A stretch of 63,986 nt of DNA, the filler included, from Octopus bimaculoides (Eukaryota): assembly GCF_001194135.2 (NCBI RefSeq). It is 5 parts of 5 records of this genome, joined end to end, with 100 filler letters (N's around TTAATTAATTAA, not from the genome) between each part and the next. Parts side by side here need not be neighbours in the genome. Positions count along the whole stretch, not along the records: positions 29,863 to 58,079 come from NC_068991.1; positions 58,180 to 62,769 come from NC_068982.1; 3 more parts are not named here. One strand, written 5' to 3'. Below are positions 48,759 to 61,105 of this stretch, piece after piece. The position numbers and the translations under genes are program-made. The notes under the pieces were generated by a model. That model saw nothing but the letters and a program-made list of their open reading frames with translations. It was not told the DNA's origin and did not search any database. The stretch's first letter is position 1. The number at the start of each line of letters is the position of its first letter.

Positions 48759-50310
48759 TTGAAAGTAAAGTTGATTTGAAAATTTCATTGCATGAAATGT
48801 GGCATGATTCATGGGAAGACCTAATCTATAGTTATTCGTTTTTTACCTATTCTCCTTTCAACAAACTTTTCTTGATCACCACCACCATCGCTAATACAGT
48901 AACGATAACCAGTACTACTACTACTACTACTACTATTACTACTACTACAAATGACATTCTAACAAGCCATCACTAAACCTAACCACAACCACGAGCATTT
49001 TCACGAAATACTTATGCCTATTACACGCATATTTTCATGATAGCCGCAACAGCAGCAGCAGCAAAAAAAAAACAACTAGTTTCAGAAATCAAAAATAAAT
49101 AAATAATAAAATTACAAAATTATAATAAAATGTAAAATTTTCGACATTCGTCCAAAACAGAAGCAGGAAAATAAAACAGCTCTTTCCCTTTCCCTTCCTG
49201 CTACCATCTTTCTACGAACATTTGGCCTTTCAAAATTCTTAAAATTCTTGTTTCATATCAGCCTTTTATAAAATAGTGAACGCCTTAGAGTAAGTGGCAC
49301 CCTCCCGGCGAACCGAGTCCATGATCCGGTTTCGATTTCCGGTTGAAGCTAATTCATTTTTTCACTTATGTTCTTGAATCACATAACGTTGCCTTCAACC
49401 ATAATTTTTATAGTTTAACAGTCTTAGGCCCCAGTAAGAAATTGAAATGTATTAGAGGGGGGGAAAAAATGAAAACTGGCAACTCGTCATTTTTCTGAAA
49501 TTGGAGACCTATTTTATTGATGTTACNNNNNNNNNNNNNNNNNNNNNNNNNNNNNNNNNNNNNNNNNNNNNNNNNNNNNNNNNNNNNNNNNNNNNNNNNN
49601 NNNNNNNNNNNNNNNNNNNNNNNNNNNNNNNNNNNNNNNNNNNNNNNNNNNNNNNNNNNNNNNNNNNNNNNNNNNNNNNNNNNNNNNNNNNNNNNNNNNN
49701 NNNNNNNNNNNNNNNNNNNNNNNNNNNNNNNNNNNNNNNNNNNNNNNNNNNNNNNNNNNNNNNNNNNNNNNNNNNNNNNNNNNNNNNNNNNNNNNNNNNN
49801 NNNNNNNNNNNNNNNNNNNNNNNNNNNNNNNNNNNNNNNNNNNNNNNNNNNNNNNNNNNNNNNNNNNNNNNNNNNNNNNNNNNNNNNNNNNNNNNNNNNN
49901 NNNNNNNTATATATATATATATATATATATATGATTGTATGTATATACATATATAGATATGATTTCTTCCTCTCACTCAGTATTCAGTACTATCTTGGTG
50001 TAGGAAATTATTTTTACGACTAACTACCATACCATCTGTTAGTATTCAGTAATAATAGTAGCCATTAACCATTAACCCTGCATGACGTTTGCTTTGTGAA
50101 ATCCAATCAAGTTTCAATAGCATTCGCTAGTCATTCACTGCTAGCATTCAAGATCATTACATTGAATGTTTAAAACAACGTTTGCTGAATACTATGAACC
50201 AAAAGAGAAAATTTTCGTTTTCCATAAACAACAGCCCTAAACAATCCTCCACAAATAAACATTCGTTACATATTTCCCAACAATTACATACATTGTTTAA
50301 CTTTCACACG

Positions 50311-50665
50311 CATTCCCTTAATCTCAATAGTATTCTTTGACATTCCTTAACCTTGAAAATCATTCCATAAGATTCACCATTATTTGGTATCAAAATTTAA
50401 TATTACTCAACATTCCATAACATTTCTCGCTATTCCTCGACAAATCTCAATATTACAATTCTTTGACATTCCTTGACATCTGCTGATCTTTATTCACGTA
50501 CAGAGATTTTATTTTTATTTTAGTAATTGTTTACTTTGGCTAAATTTCGTTGACATTCCATTAAACGTATTAGCATTCCTTGGCATTCTAAAACCATTCG
50601 CCATCTTTGTTTTGAAATCTCTCTTAACACTGAGTAATATCCCAATAATATTAGCATATCATTCC
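50311..50665 (+). repeat. Same-strand cluster of 8 CATTCC motifs
   Basis: CATTCC at 50311, 50341, 50361, 50411, 50467, 50554, 50574 and 50660. Confidence 0.8.
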
Positions 50666-50886
50666 GTAATATTCTGCACCATTAATTATGTAGATTATTT
50701 TTGTTTGTTTGTTTGTTTTTTTGTTTTGTTGTTTCGTATTCTACCAGTTGGCATTTCATTCATAAATGTTCTAGCCGAAAATGTTTACATTGGCTTCGTG
50801 GAGTTTTGTGTAAAGATAAGATAGATATACAGATTGGTGACTGGACGTAGATTAAAGCAATGAATGATGGAGATTGCGAGAGCATG

Positions 50887-52200
50887 TACGAAGTGGTATC
50901 AAAATGTTCCTGAACTAGTTATGTTTAATTAAAAAGAAATAACTTATTTACCTAAGTTTTAACATTATCTACTTCGAAATAGTCACCTTGCCCACCGGTT
51001 CCAGCGTTCCTGTCACTTTTGGAACCCTGCCTGGATGACGTTTTCCGTAAGCGAGTCGAGAACCTTCTGCTATTCGCTCTGGATCTCGACAACGGTGCTA
51101 TAACGGTGACTTTTCAGTTGCATTTTCATCTTGGGGAAGAGATGGAAGTCCGCATGTGCTAAATCTGGTGAATAGGGCGGGTGCAGAAGCGATACCATGT
51201 TTTCTTTGGCGAGAAACTCACCAGTGNNNNNNNNNNNNNNNNNNNNNNNNNNNNNNNNNNNNNNNNNNNNNNNNNNNNNNNNNNNNNNNNNNNNNNNNNN
51301 NNNNNNNNNNNNNNNNNNNNNNNNNNNNNNNNNNNNNNNNNNNNNNNNNNNNNNNNNNNNNNNNNNNNNNNNNNNNNNNNNNNNNNNNNNNNNNNNNNNN
51401 NNNNNNNNNNNNNNNNNNNNNNNNNNNNNNNNNNNNNNNNNNNNNNNNNNNTAAAACGTTGTAGTAGAACTCTCGGTTGACGGTCTGGCCCTGGGGGACG
51501 AATTCTTGATGCTCAATACCGCGGATGTCGAGAAAAATGATGAGCATGCTGTTGACTGAGCTGTGGCTCTGTCGTGCCTTCATCGATCGTGGAGATGAAG
51601 CGCTATTCCATTATGACGACTGCCGCTTCGTCTCAGGGGCGTATCTATACACCCAACTCTCATCACCGGTAATGATCCTCGACATGAAGGATGGGTCAGC
51701 AGCGGCACGCTGACGGAGATCTTGACAGACTTCGATGCTATATTCTTCCTGCTCAATGGTCAGCAGGCGGGGGGAAAAACTTAGCAGAGACATGCCGCAT
51801 GTTCAATTCAGACGTTAAGATTGCCTGCACAGACCCATGTCACGGACCAACAACATCAGCAATGTCATTGATTGTCCTTTGACGATCCTCATGCACAAGC
51901 TGATGAATTTCCCCTGCATTTCCGGGGGTGACGCTCGTGGCAAGTTCTTCCAGATCGCTCATCGGCTTCCAGGGACGTTCTCCCGCTTATGAAGTGCCCG
52001 TACAACTCGAAACATTTTGTACGACCCATTGCCTCGTCGCCGTAAGCTTGCCGAAGCATGCTCAATGCCTCTGTAGCAGACTTCCTAAGTTTAACGCAAA
52101 ATTTCACATTGGCTCTTTGTTCCAATTTCCTGTCCATGACAAAATCGCAGACTATAGCAAACACGTGATCACAAAAACACAAATATCACAACTTGCAAAG
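50887..52200 (-). mobile_element. Near full-length decayed mariner transposon (DD34D)
   Basis: Minus-strand pieces: KLEQRANVKFCVKLRKSATEALSMLRQAYGDEAM, SRIITGDESWVYRYAPETKRQSS, SMLIIFLDIRGIEHQEFVPQGQTVNREFY and LLHPPYSPDLAHADFHLFPKMK. TIR-like TACGAAGTGGTATCAAAATGTTCC at 50887. Frameshifts and a gap. Confidence 0.92.
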
Positions 52201-52454
52201 TAAATACAGCTATTTTCAAAGTGCTAACCTTATATACAATCATTCATATTCACTTATTTATTTATTTTGCATTAAATAAAGTTAATAATCAGGTTCGACT
52301 CTCAGGTCTGGAAGACTTTACTAATCACACTAAAAATCTCAGGAAGAAAACCTTAAGCATTAAACTTTCCTCTAAGAATTTATGTCGTATTCTCTTTACC
52401 TCATAGTTCTCATTTTCATCATTGTTTTCATCATCACTATCAGCTAGATCATGC

Positions 52455-52521
<67 letters not shown>

Positions 52522-52674
52522 CATTATTATTATCATTATTATTATTATTATTATCATTATTACGTTTTGCTTAAAAACTCGCTACACTTTTGTAATCTTT
52601 CCTTGAACCGGTCCCTTATCCATCACCCACACAGAAATAATAAAAAATTATTATTATTATTATTATTATTATTA

Positions 52675-52726
<52 letters not shown>

Positions 52727-53085
52727 ATGTAGTGATCGAAACAGAAGCTCGTCGGAATAAAACGTCGTAAATAAACGTAAATAAACGTCGGAATAAAACG
52801 TCGTAAAAATTCATTGTCCCATATTTTGATTGCAATTCCAATCGAATTGGACTGAAAACATTCGTTCTTTTAGAATGAGAGTGGATTGATGAAATAGATT
52901 AGGTATTCAAAACCTCCCTTCTTGGCTATAGTTATCTCGCAGAAAACTTAAGCGGACACCCTCATATCAATGGAGAACATCATAATGACGATCATGCGTA
53001 CACACATACTTACACAATCCACATGCATATACAAGCACGTACATCAACAAACGCGTACACACACATGCATATACATGCCAAAAAC

Positions 53086-53128
<43 letters not shown>

Positions 53129-54665
53129 CATACATACATACATACATACATACATACATACACATACACGTACACATGAAATTTGTGAACATTCGTTTAC
53201 AAAAAGTGAACCGGAAGCGTGATGGGACACAGATAACATTTGTTTGGCTAGTCAGTCTAGTCACAGGCAGACGACATTAAATTAAAATGGCGGTGAAATT
53301 ATTCATTGCTGACTCGAACGAGGCTTTTAACCTTATATGTCGCGCTTCCCAAGTCAGTCGCTCTGATTCGTTAGCTAGTTGATTATGATGATTATCACGA
53401 CGATGACGACAGCAGCGACGACAACAACGACGACGGTGAGGGGCTGTTTTCATTTCTATATCGATAAATTTTATGTATTTACTTTTTTAATCTTTTTTAT
53501 TTTATTATACTTTATAACGTTATGTCTGGAATAATTTTCTGGGTTTCTTGGTACATTCATCCTACATTCGATAGTAATGGCGAATTTCTTTTTGCCCGTA
53601 TATCACTCTATGCCTGCGTGTATTTTTGCATGTATGCACAAAGGTATGCATGTGGGTATGTGACATATGCAAATATGCATGTTTGTTTGTATCCAAGTAT
53701 GCATGTGCATACATACATATAAACATGCATATGTATCTACATACATGTATACATACATACGTACATACACACACACAAACATACACACATACACACACAC
53801 ATACACACATATTTATGGATGGTCATGCGTTTCATTTGTAAGTGCCTTCATTTAATAGGCAATCTTAAAATATTTTGCAATATTAAGTATGTTTGCAAGC
53901 TCTTGTGTATGAACGAAAGATTGTGTGGGGATGGGTCTGTTGCTCTATCTTTATTCTAATTTTGCCAATGTTCAGGCGATCTTTAACCAATGTCCCCTTT
54001 ATTTGTGGTCATTCCTCTACACATGGAAGTTGTTGTTGTCGTTGTTGCTGTTGCCGCCATGTCCTGTTTGTGCGTGAAAGGAAGAGGGGGAATGTTTTGT
54101 TCATATTGTTTACGAAAGATGTCTAGCCGCACATTAATATTCTTGTTTTTACACCTTCCTTTTTGCTCCTTACATCAATTAAACTACTATTATAGTGCTG
54201 GAGATGACGATAATAATAATAATAATGACAATAATAATAACAACAACAACAGCAAGAACAACAATAGCCACCTTTAGCATAGTCCCAGACAGCAAATAGA
54301 ACGATGTCATTTGTCTTTGTAAACAAATTTAGATATCTCTTTTGGTTTGGTTTGGTTTCGTTTTGTGTTTTATTTATTTCACAATATTCCGGGATTAGTT
54401 TAATTAATAGTGTCATGTTAAAATAGTTAAGATCCAACACTCACAACATCAACTGTAACGATAACAACAAATGCAACGACGATCTCGCTAAGACTGTTTT
54501 TAACTCGTACGTTTGGGTTTTTTTTAATTAGTATGTGTTAGTCACATTTTATCGTTTCATTTACCAACAATCACGCACACAGACGTGTGTGTGTGTGTCT
54601 GTCTGTCTGTCTGTTTGTGTCTGTGTGTGTCTGTGTGTGTCTGTATGTCTGTGTGTCTGTGTGTG

Positions 54666-54709
<44 letters not shown>

Positions 54710-54869
54710 CGTTTGTATGTGTTCATACGTGTGTCAATATGTGTGCGTGCGTGTGAGTGATGCTAAACTTTTGAAATGTTTCACATTCTTTTACAGTTCC
54801 AATTATGTCTTGTAGTTGAATCATGTATTTATAGATGCATACACACACACACACACAGACACACACACA

Positions 54870-55852
54870 CAGTATCTCACAGAAGTATGCTCATCCCTAA
54901 AAAATTTCAGTAAAATTGCCATTACTCTCATAATAACGAAGAAAATCAAACAAAATTTATTCTGAATAAAATATATTATACAAATTTGGAACACAAAACA
55001 ATAAACATTTTCAAAGATATGAACGAAATATCAATTTTCAAATGATACAAAAATACATACACCCTAAAGTATTATTTGCTATATTCAATATTTGGTGTGA
55101 CCACCCTTGCTTTCAATGACTGCATTAAATCTTCTGGGCATAGAGTCAACTAAATTCCGCATATAACCAATGAAATTGACCTCAATTCATCCTGAATGAT
55201 GTCTTTCAACTGTGTTACGTTACTGGTTTTTTTTTCTCCTCTATCTTCTTTTTCAAAACACGCCACAGATGTTCTGTTAGGTTTAAATCAGGTGGCATGG
55301 CAAGCCAAGACAATACCGTTACCTTTTTATCTGATAAAAATTTAGTCGTCAACTTTGAAATGTGTTTAGGGTCATTATCATGTTCGAACATGGAATGTCT
55401 TCCTAGTTCCTTGATGCTTTTCAACATTGTTTTCTGCAATATGTCACATTTTTCTCTCATCCTCCCACACTAGCCGCACTCATGCGTTCCCAAAGCATAA
55501 CAATTCCGCCGCCGTGTTTCATGAAGATGCAATAACAATGACCGGTGCACAAATGCCAAGAGAAATAATTTATTAGAATTGAAATTATCAGCAACATCTG
55601 AAATTAGTAAAACAAAAAAAAGTGGATAGCATATATAGAGAGCATAGCAAATTTACTTTAGGGTGTACATATTTTTGTAATGTTTGAAAATTAATATTTT
55701 GGTCATATCTTTGAAAATGCTTATTGTTTTGTGTTCCAAATTTGTATAATGTTTGCATGTATAATATATGTTATTCAGTATAAATTTCCTTTGATTTCCT
55801 TTGATATTATCAGAGTATTGGTAATTTTACTGAAATTTTTCAGGGGTGTACA
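54870..55852 (-). mobile_element. Internally deleted Tc1-family element with about 200-bp inverted repeats (IR/DR type)
   Basis: 54870..about 55085 is an imperfect reverse complement of about 55641..55852. The interior encodes only the C-terminal MFEHDNDPKH...WLAMPPDLNLTEHLWRVLKKK. Confidence 0.85.
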
Positions 55853-55872
55853 NNNNNNNNNNACATACATAC

Positions 55873-55903
<31 letters not shown>

Positions 55904-55911
55904 TGTATGTA

Positions 55912-57203
55912 CAGGGGTTGGACAAAATAATGGAAACACCTTAAAATTTCAAGCAAATTAATTTTAATATGGGATAGACTGCCTTTGGCAGTAATTACAG
56001 CTTGAATTCTATGAGGTATGAACTCGTACAAAGCTTGAATTGTTTCCAAAGGAATTTTTGTCCATTCTTCAGCTAAAATTGTCTCCAGTTCTTGTAGTGA
56101 TGATGGTGGAGGATATCGACTCCTTACTTGTTTTTCTAAAATGCATCATAAATGTTCAATATTGAGATCTGGTGACTGTGGTGGCCAGATAAGATGTTCA
56201 GCTTTACTAGAATGTTCCTCGTGCCATTCAGTAACAACTTTAGCTGTGTAAATTGGTGCATTATCATCTTGAAAGATTGTGTTTCCCCCCGGAAAAAGTT
56301 CCGCAACCATAGGATAAATTTGATCAGATAAAATGCTTAAATAGTTTTAACTATTAATTCTGCCATGAAGGGGGACCATTGGGCCGGCAGATTTCCAAGA
56401 TATAGCCCCCACCCCACCAGATAATCACAGATCCTCCTCCATGTTTAACAGTTGGAAGAAGGCAGTCTGGGTCAAATGCTTCTTTTGACTGTCTCCACAC
56501 GTATACTCCGCTGGTGGTCGGAAATAAGGTAAAGGATGAGTCATCCGAGAAAATAACATTCTTCCACTGCTCTAGGGACCAATACTGTAGGTTTTTACAC
56601 CACTTTACACGCTTTGCAACATTTGTTTGTGAAAGTAGTGGTTTTCTGATTGCTGCCCTCTGATTACAGTCCTCTGATTGCAGCCCTCCCATGCAGCTCC
56701 CGGCGAACAGTTTTTGTGGAAACTGGGTTCTCGAGGTGGTCATTAAGCTTTGCAGTAATTTTGGGAACTATACTTTTGTGATCCTTTCTAACAATTCGCG
56801 TAAGAATCCGACGGTCCCTATCTGAAAGTTTTGGTTTTCTTCTGGAGTTTTGTTTCGACGAGGAGGTTTTTCCCTCTTTTTCAAAGGCTCTCATTTCTTT
56901 CGAGACATGACTTCTTGATACACCAAACATTTCGGCTGTTTTCGTTACGCTAGCGCCTGCCATAGGAGCACCAACAATTTAACCTCTTTGAAAGTCCGAT
57001 AGATGTGTCATTTTAATGAATTTTAATTACCTTTTTTTTGATGATATCTGAAAAGAAACAGCAATTTTAGTAAAACACATTAAGCAACACTAATAATAAA
57101 TAAATAAAAACATAAAAATAAACAAGCTTTTGACGGTTTTATAGATATTACAAAATTATGATGTTATGATGCTAGGTGTTTCCATTATTTTGTCCAACCC
57201 CTG
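55912..57203 (-). mobile_element. Full-length (1292 bp) Tc1 element, frameshifted transposase (DD34E type)
   Basis: Perfect 30-bp TIRs CAGGGGTTGGACAAAATAATGGAAACACCT at 55912..55941 and 57174..57203, with TA duplications. Translations: paired-like HTH (VTKTAEMFGVSRSHVSK), WKNVIFSDDSSF, TVKHGGGSV, QDDNAP and WPPQSPDLN.IEHL. Confidence 0.95.
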
Positions 57204-57254
57204 TATGTATACACATGTTTTGTGTTCGTGTAATTGTCACTGTTTCACCCCTTG

Positions 57255-57410
57255 TTGGTCATGTTCAAAAATGTTTCGGTCATGACCATCCCGTCTGTGA
57301 CTGTACACTAGATTACATTATGCACTATCTTCTTAGCTTTAAGATTACAGGGTATGGTTTGAAAGAGACTTAACTGTTATTTCTAACCGGTCCTTCGACT
57401 AGTAACAGGC
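57255..57410 (-). mobile_element. Diverged copy of repeat family F
   Basis: catgaccatcccgtct and acagggtatggtttgaaagagacttaactgttatttctaaccggtc. Confidence 0.45.
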
Positions 57411-58123
57411 TCCCCCGCATTAGCTTAGACTCACTGATCACGCTAGGAATGTTTTTTTATTTGTGCATTCAATGCACAGTTACAGTTTGAACTGGTTTAT
57501 TGATCAATGTGCAAAGACCGTAGCAAGCTACATGCGCTCAGTGAGTAACGATTGGGGAAACTTACCTCCATCTAAGTACGGAAGCTCAATGCAGGTCATA
57601 AAACTTAAAAACAAAAGTATTGAACAAGAGTAATCGTTAGGAAGTTTTAGAATCAGAGGCTTATTGAAACAAATATATATTTTTCTCTATGTTCTGCAAT
57701 CACTGGCTTCCATCCGTTACCTATATTTATTTTCCTATCAGAATACTTTAAGATAAAAGAAGTAAGGATTCTTGCATATGATCCTGCTATTGTTGTTGCT
57801 GTTGTTGTTTAGATCAAGATCAGCCTTCATCATGCTTCATCTATGACCATCTTGTTTTATTTCCAGTTATAGCATATCTACACCTACATTTTCTAATGTG
57901 TCTATTCCTTGTTTGTGACTGCAAGGGTGAGATCGTAGAGGCTTCGAGCAAGGCATGACTTTCCGTTATTTCAATTTCTAAATTCCAAAACAGAACATTA
58001 AGAAAATTCCTTTTTCGCTTCGTCCTTTTATGGTTGTCATCGTTTTTAGACAAGGCAAGATACGAGGCATTCAGAACTTNNNNNNNNNNNNNNNNNNNNN
58101 NNNNNNNNNNNNNNNNNNNNNNN

Positions 58124-58135
58124 TTAATTAATTAA
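58124..58135. other. Artificial assembly linker TTAATTAATTAA
   Basis: Same 12-mer within an N-run. Confidence 0.9.
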
Positions 58136-58320
58136 NNNNNNNNNNNNNNNNNNNNNNNNNNNNNNNNNNNNNNNNNNNNCAAAAGGAAGAAAATAATAAA
58201 AAGAAAAATTTAGAAATACAAAAAATACAGAAATAAATAATCGTAAATAGAAGAAGAAGAAGAAGAAGAAGAAGAAGAAGAAGAAGAAGAAGAAGAAGAA
58301 GAAGAAGAAGAAGAAGAAGA

Positions 58321-58331
58321 AGAAGAAGAAG

Positions 58332-58365
<34 letters not shown>

Positions 58366-58503
58366 TGAGGAAAGAAGAAGTGGCAAAATGGAGTGGGTAC
58401 GGAAGGTTGTAAGAAGAAGAAGAAGAAGAAGTACAAAAACAACAACAACAACAACAACAACAACATGAGGAAAGAAGAAGTGGCAAAATGGAGTGGGTAC
58501 GGA
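58321..58503. repeat. Tandem duplication, 100-bp period, containing (GAA)n and (CAA)n
   Basis: The 40-mer catgaggaaagaagaagtggcaaaatggagtgggtacgga is identical at 58364 and 58464. Confidence 0.85.
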
Positions 58504-58795
58504 GGCGGTATTATCTGAGAAGGCTTTATTCAAATTGCTCGTTTATAAGGAATGGAAGAGCCTGTTCTCACTTCGAAACGGCTAAGTTTGTGTGACCAAG
58601 CGGTTAGCATCTTGACGTCATTCCATTTTCTCGCACAGTTAAACAGCCAAGTGGAGCTAGATATTTGGCATCGAAGAATAGTCGTCTATCTGTCGCTCGT
58701 TCATTCATGTGACAGAGGAATGAATAATGCGAAGCCGTCCCACTCCTACACATCCGCATAAATCAATAAAGATATGATATGGGGACAAAAGAAGT

Positions 58796-58851
<56 letters not shown>

Positions 58852-59783
58852 CATTCTGTGTGTGTGTGTGTATGTGTATGTGTGCGTGTGTGTGTTGTGC
58901 GTGTATGTGCGTGTGAGTGTCGCTGCGTGTATAAAAACGTGTATTTATATGTGTGCATAATGTAAATCGGAAAGAATATCTATCTATCTATCTATATATA
59001 TATATATATATATATATNNNNNNNNNNNNNNNNNNNNNNNNNNNNNNNNNNNNNNNNNNNNNNNNNNNNNNNNNNNNNNNNNNNNNNNNNNNNNNNNNNN
59101 NNNNNNNNNNNNNNNNNNNNNNNNNNNNNNNNNNNNNNNNNNNNNNNNNNNNNNNNNNNNNNNNNNNNNNNNNNNNNNNNNNNNNNNNNNNNNNNNNNNN
59201 NNNNNNNNNNNNNNNNNNNNNNNNNNNNNNNNNNNNNNNNNNNNNNNNNNNNNNNNNNNNNNNNNNNNNNNNNNNNNNNNNNNNNNNNNNNNNNNNNNNN
59301 NNNNNNNNNNNNNNNNNNNNNNNNNNNNNNNNNNNNNNNNNNNNNNNNNNNNNNNNNNNNNNNNNNNNNNNNNNNNNNNNNNNNNNNNNNNNNNNNNNNN
59401 NNNNNNNNNNNNNNNNNNNNNNNNNNNNNNNNNNNNNNNNNNNNNNNNNNNNNNNNNNNNNNNNNNNNNNNNNNNNNNNNNNNNNNNNNNNNNNNNNNNN
59501 NNNNNNNNNNNNNNNNNNNNNNNNNNNNNNNNNNNNNNNNNNNNNNNNNNNNNNNNNNNNNNNNNNNNNNNNNNNNNNNNNNNNNNNNNNNNNNNNNNNN
59601 NNNNNNNNNNNNNNNNNNNNNNNNNNNNNNNNNNNNNNNNNNNNNNNNNNNNNNNNNNNNNNNNNNNNNNNNNNNNNNNNNNNNNNNNNNNNNNNNNNNN
59701 NNNNNNNNNNNNNNNNNNNNNNNNNNNNNNNNNNNNNNNNNNNNNNNNNNNNNNNNNNNNNNNNNNNNNNNNNNNNNNNNNNN

Positions 59784-60074
59784 ATTTGGTAGACGGAAAC
59801 TGAAAGAAGCCTGTCGTATATATGTATATATATATATATGTATATGTGTGTATATGTCTGTGTGTCTGTGTTTGTCTCCCCCCCCCCAACATCGCTTGAC
59901 AACCGATGGTGGTGTGTTTACGTCCCTATAACTTATCAGTTCGGCAAAAGAGACCGATAGAATAAGTACTAGGCTAACAAAGAATAAGTCCTGGGGTCGA
60001 TTTGCTCGACTAAAGGCGGTGCTCCAGCATGGCCGCAGGCAAATGACTGAGACAAGTAAAAGAGTAAAAGAGTA
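59784..60074 (+). mobile_element. SINE family A, 3' two-thirds, young copy
   Basis: Close match to the 18218 and 3243 copies. The 5' part is in the gap. Confidence 0.9.
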
Positions 60075-60094
60075 ACTGTGACAAAACGGCAAAA

Positions 60095-60230
60095 ATGTCG
60101 TTTAAGGAACGTAAGATCATTTTTAAGTGGTATTTCAAAGACAATAGAGGCGTGAGTTCGGAACACAACTTCCAACGTGCCAGACAATTTCAAGGATTCG
60201 TGATGAGTTCGAAACGCGTGGTATCCAGCT
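60095..60230 (+). mobile_element. Fragment of a Tc1/mariner-like transposase N-terminal HTH (DUF4817-like)
   Basis: MSFKERKIIFKWYFK, then a frameshift to REFGTQLPTCQTISRIRDEFETRG. Confidence 0.5.
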
Positions 60231-60773
60231 ATTCTTTGGATGCACTCATTGTCCATTAGAGGTATTTCTGTTCGCACAATACATGCATATAAACATACAT
60301 ACATACATACATACACACATACACACATATACGCTCGCACACACTTTCGCACACAGACACACACACATACACAAACACACACACACCTAATGTAAACAGT
60401 GGGATACCGAAATTGCTTATGTGCCCTTACTCGGATTACGCTTAAATTTCTCACCGTAACAAAAATGTTCATCAGCAAGGATAAAAATAATTAAAAATTT
60501 CCCCTCATTATACATACATACTATAATCATCGCAAACTGTGATTAAGGTGAAATGGAAACGAAGAGAAAAAATTATTCTCAGCGAATATGCCATCACTCT
60601 AAATACTTATACAACATGTATTTTGTTGGACTCATTGATGTTGGATTTATATTCATGCTCCGATCAACCATTCTGTATTCATTAATTGACCTAGCCTTCT
60701 TCCTATGAGCTTATTTCCCAACTTATAGATAGATAGGCGCATGGAGCTTATTTCCCAACTTATAGATAGTGAA

Positions 60774-61105
60774 GGCGCATGGCTCAGGGGTTAGAGCGTC
60801 GAGCTTACGATCGTGAGGTTGTGAGTTCGAATCCCGGATCGGGCTGCGTGTTGTGTTCTTGAGCAAGACACTTTATTTCACGTTGCTCCAGTTCACTCAG
60901 CTGTAGAAATGAGTTGCAATGTCACAGGTGCCAAGCTGTATTGGCCTTTGCCTTTCCCTTGGATAACACTGGTGGCGTGGAGAGGGGAGGCCGGTATGCA
61001 TGGGCGACTGCTGGTCTCCCATAAAACAACCTTGCCCGGACTTGTGCTTGGGAGGGCAACTTTCTAGGTGCAATCCCATGGTCAGTCATGAACGAAGGGG
61101 ATCTC
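60774..61105 (+). mobile_element. Full-length tRNA-derived SINE family B
   Basis: Clean A-box TGGCTCAGGGGTTAGAGCG and B-box GAGTTCGAATCCC, then gtgttgtgttcttgagcaagacacttta...cagttcactcagctgtagaaatgag (a CORE/Meta-like central block) and a distinct 3' body. Confidence 0.85.

Noticed and set aside
60774-60850. tRNA gene-like sequence with clean A and B boxes
   Set aside because: It continues into a SINE body with no acceptor-stem closure or poly-T terminator, so it is treated as a SINE head.
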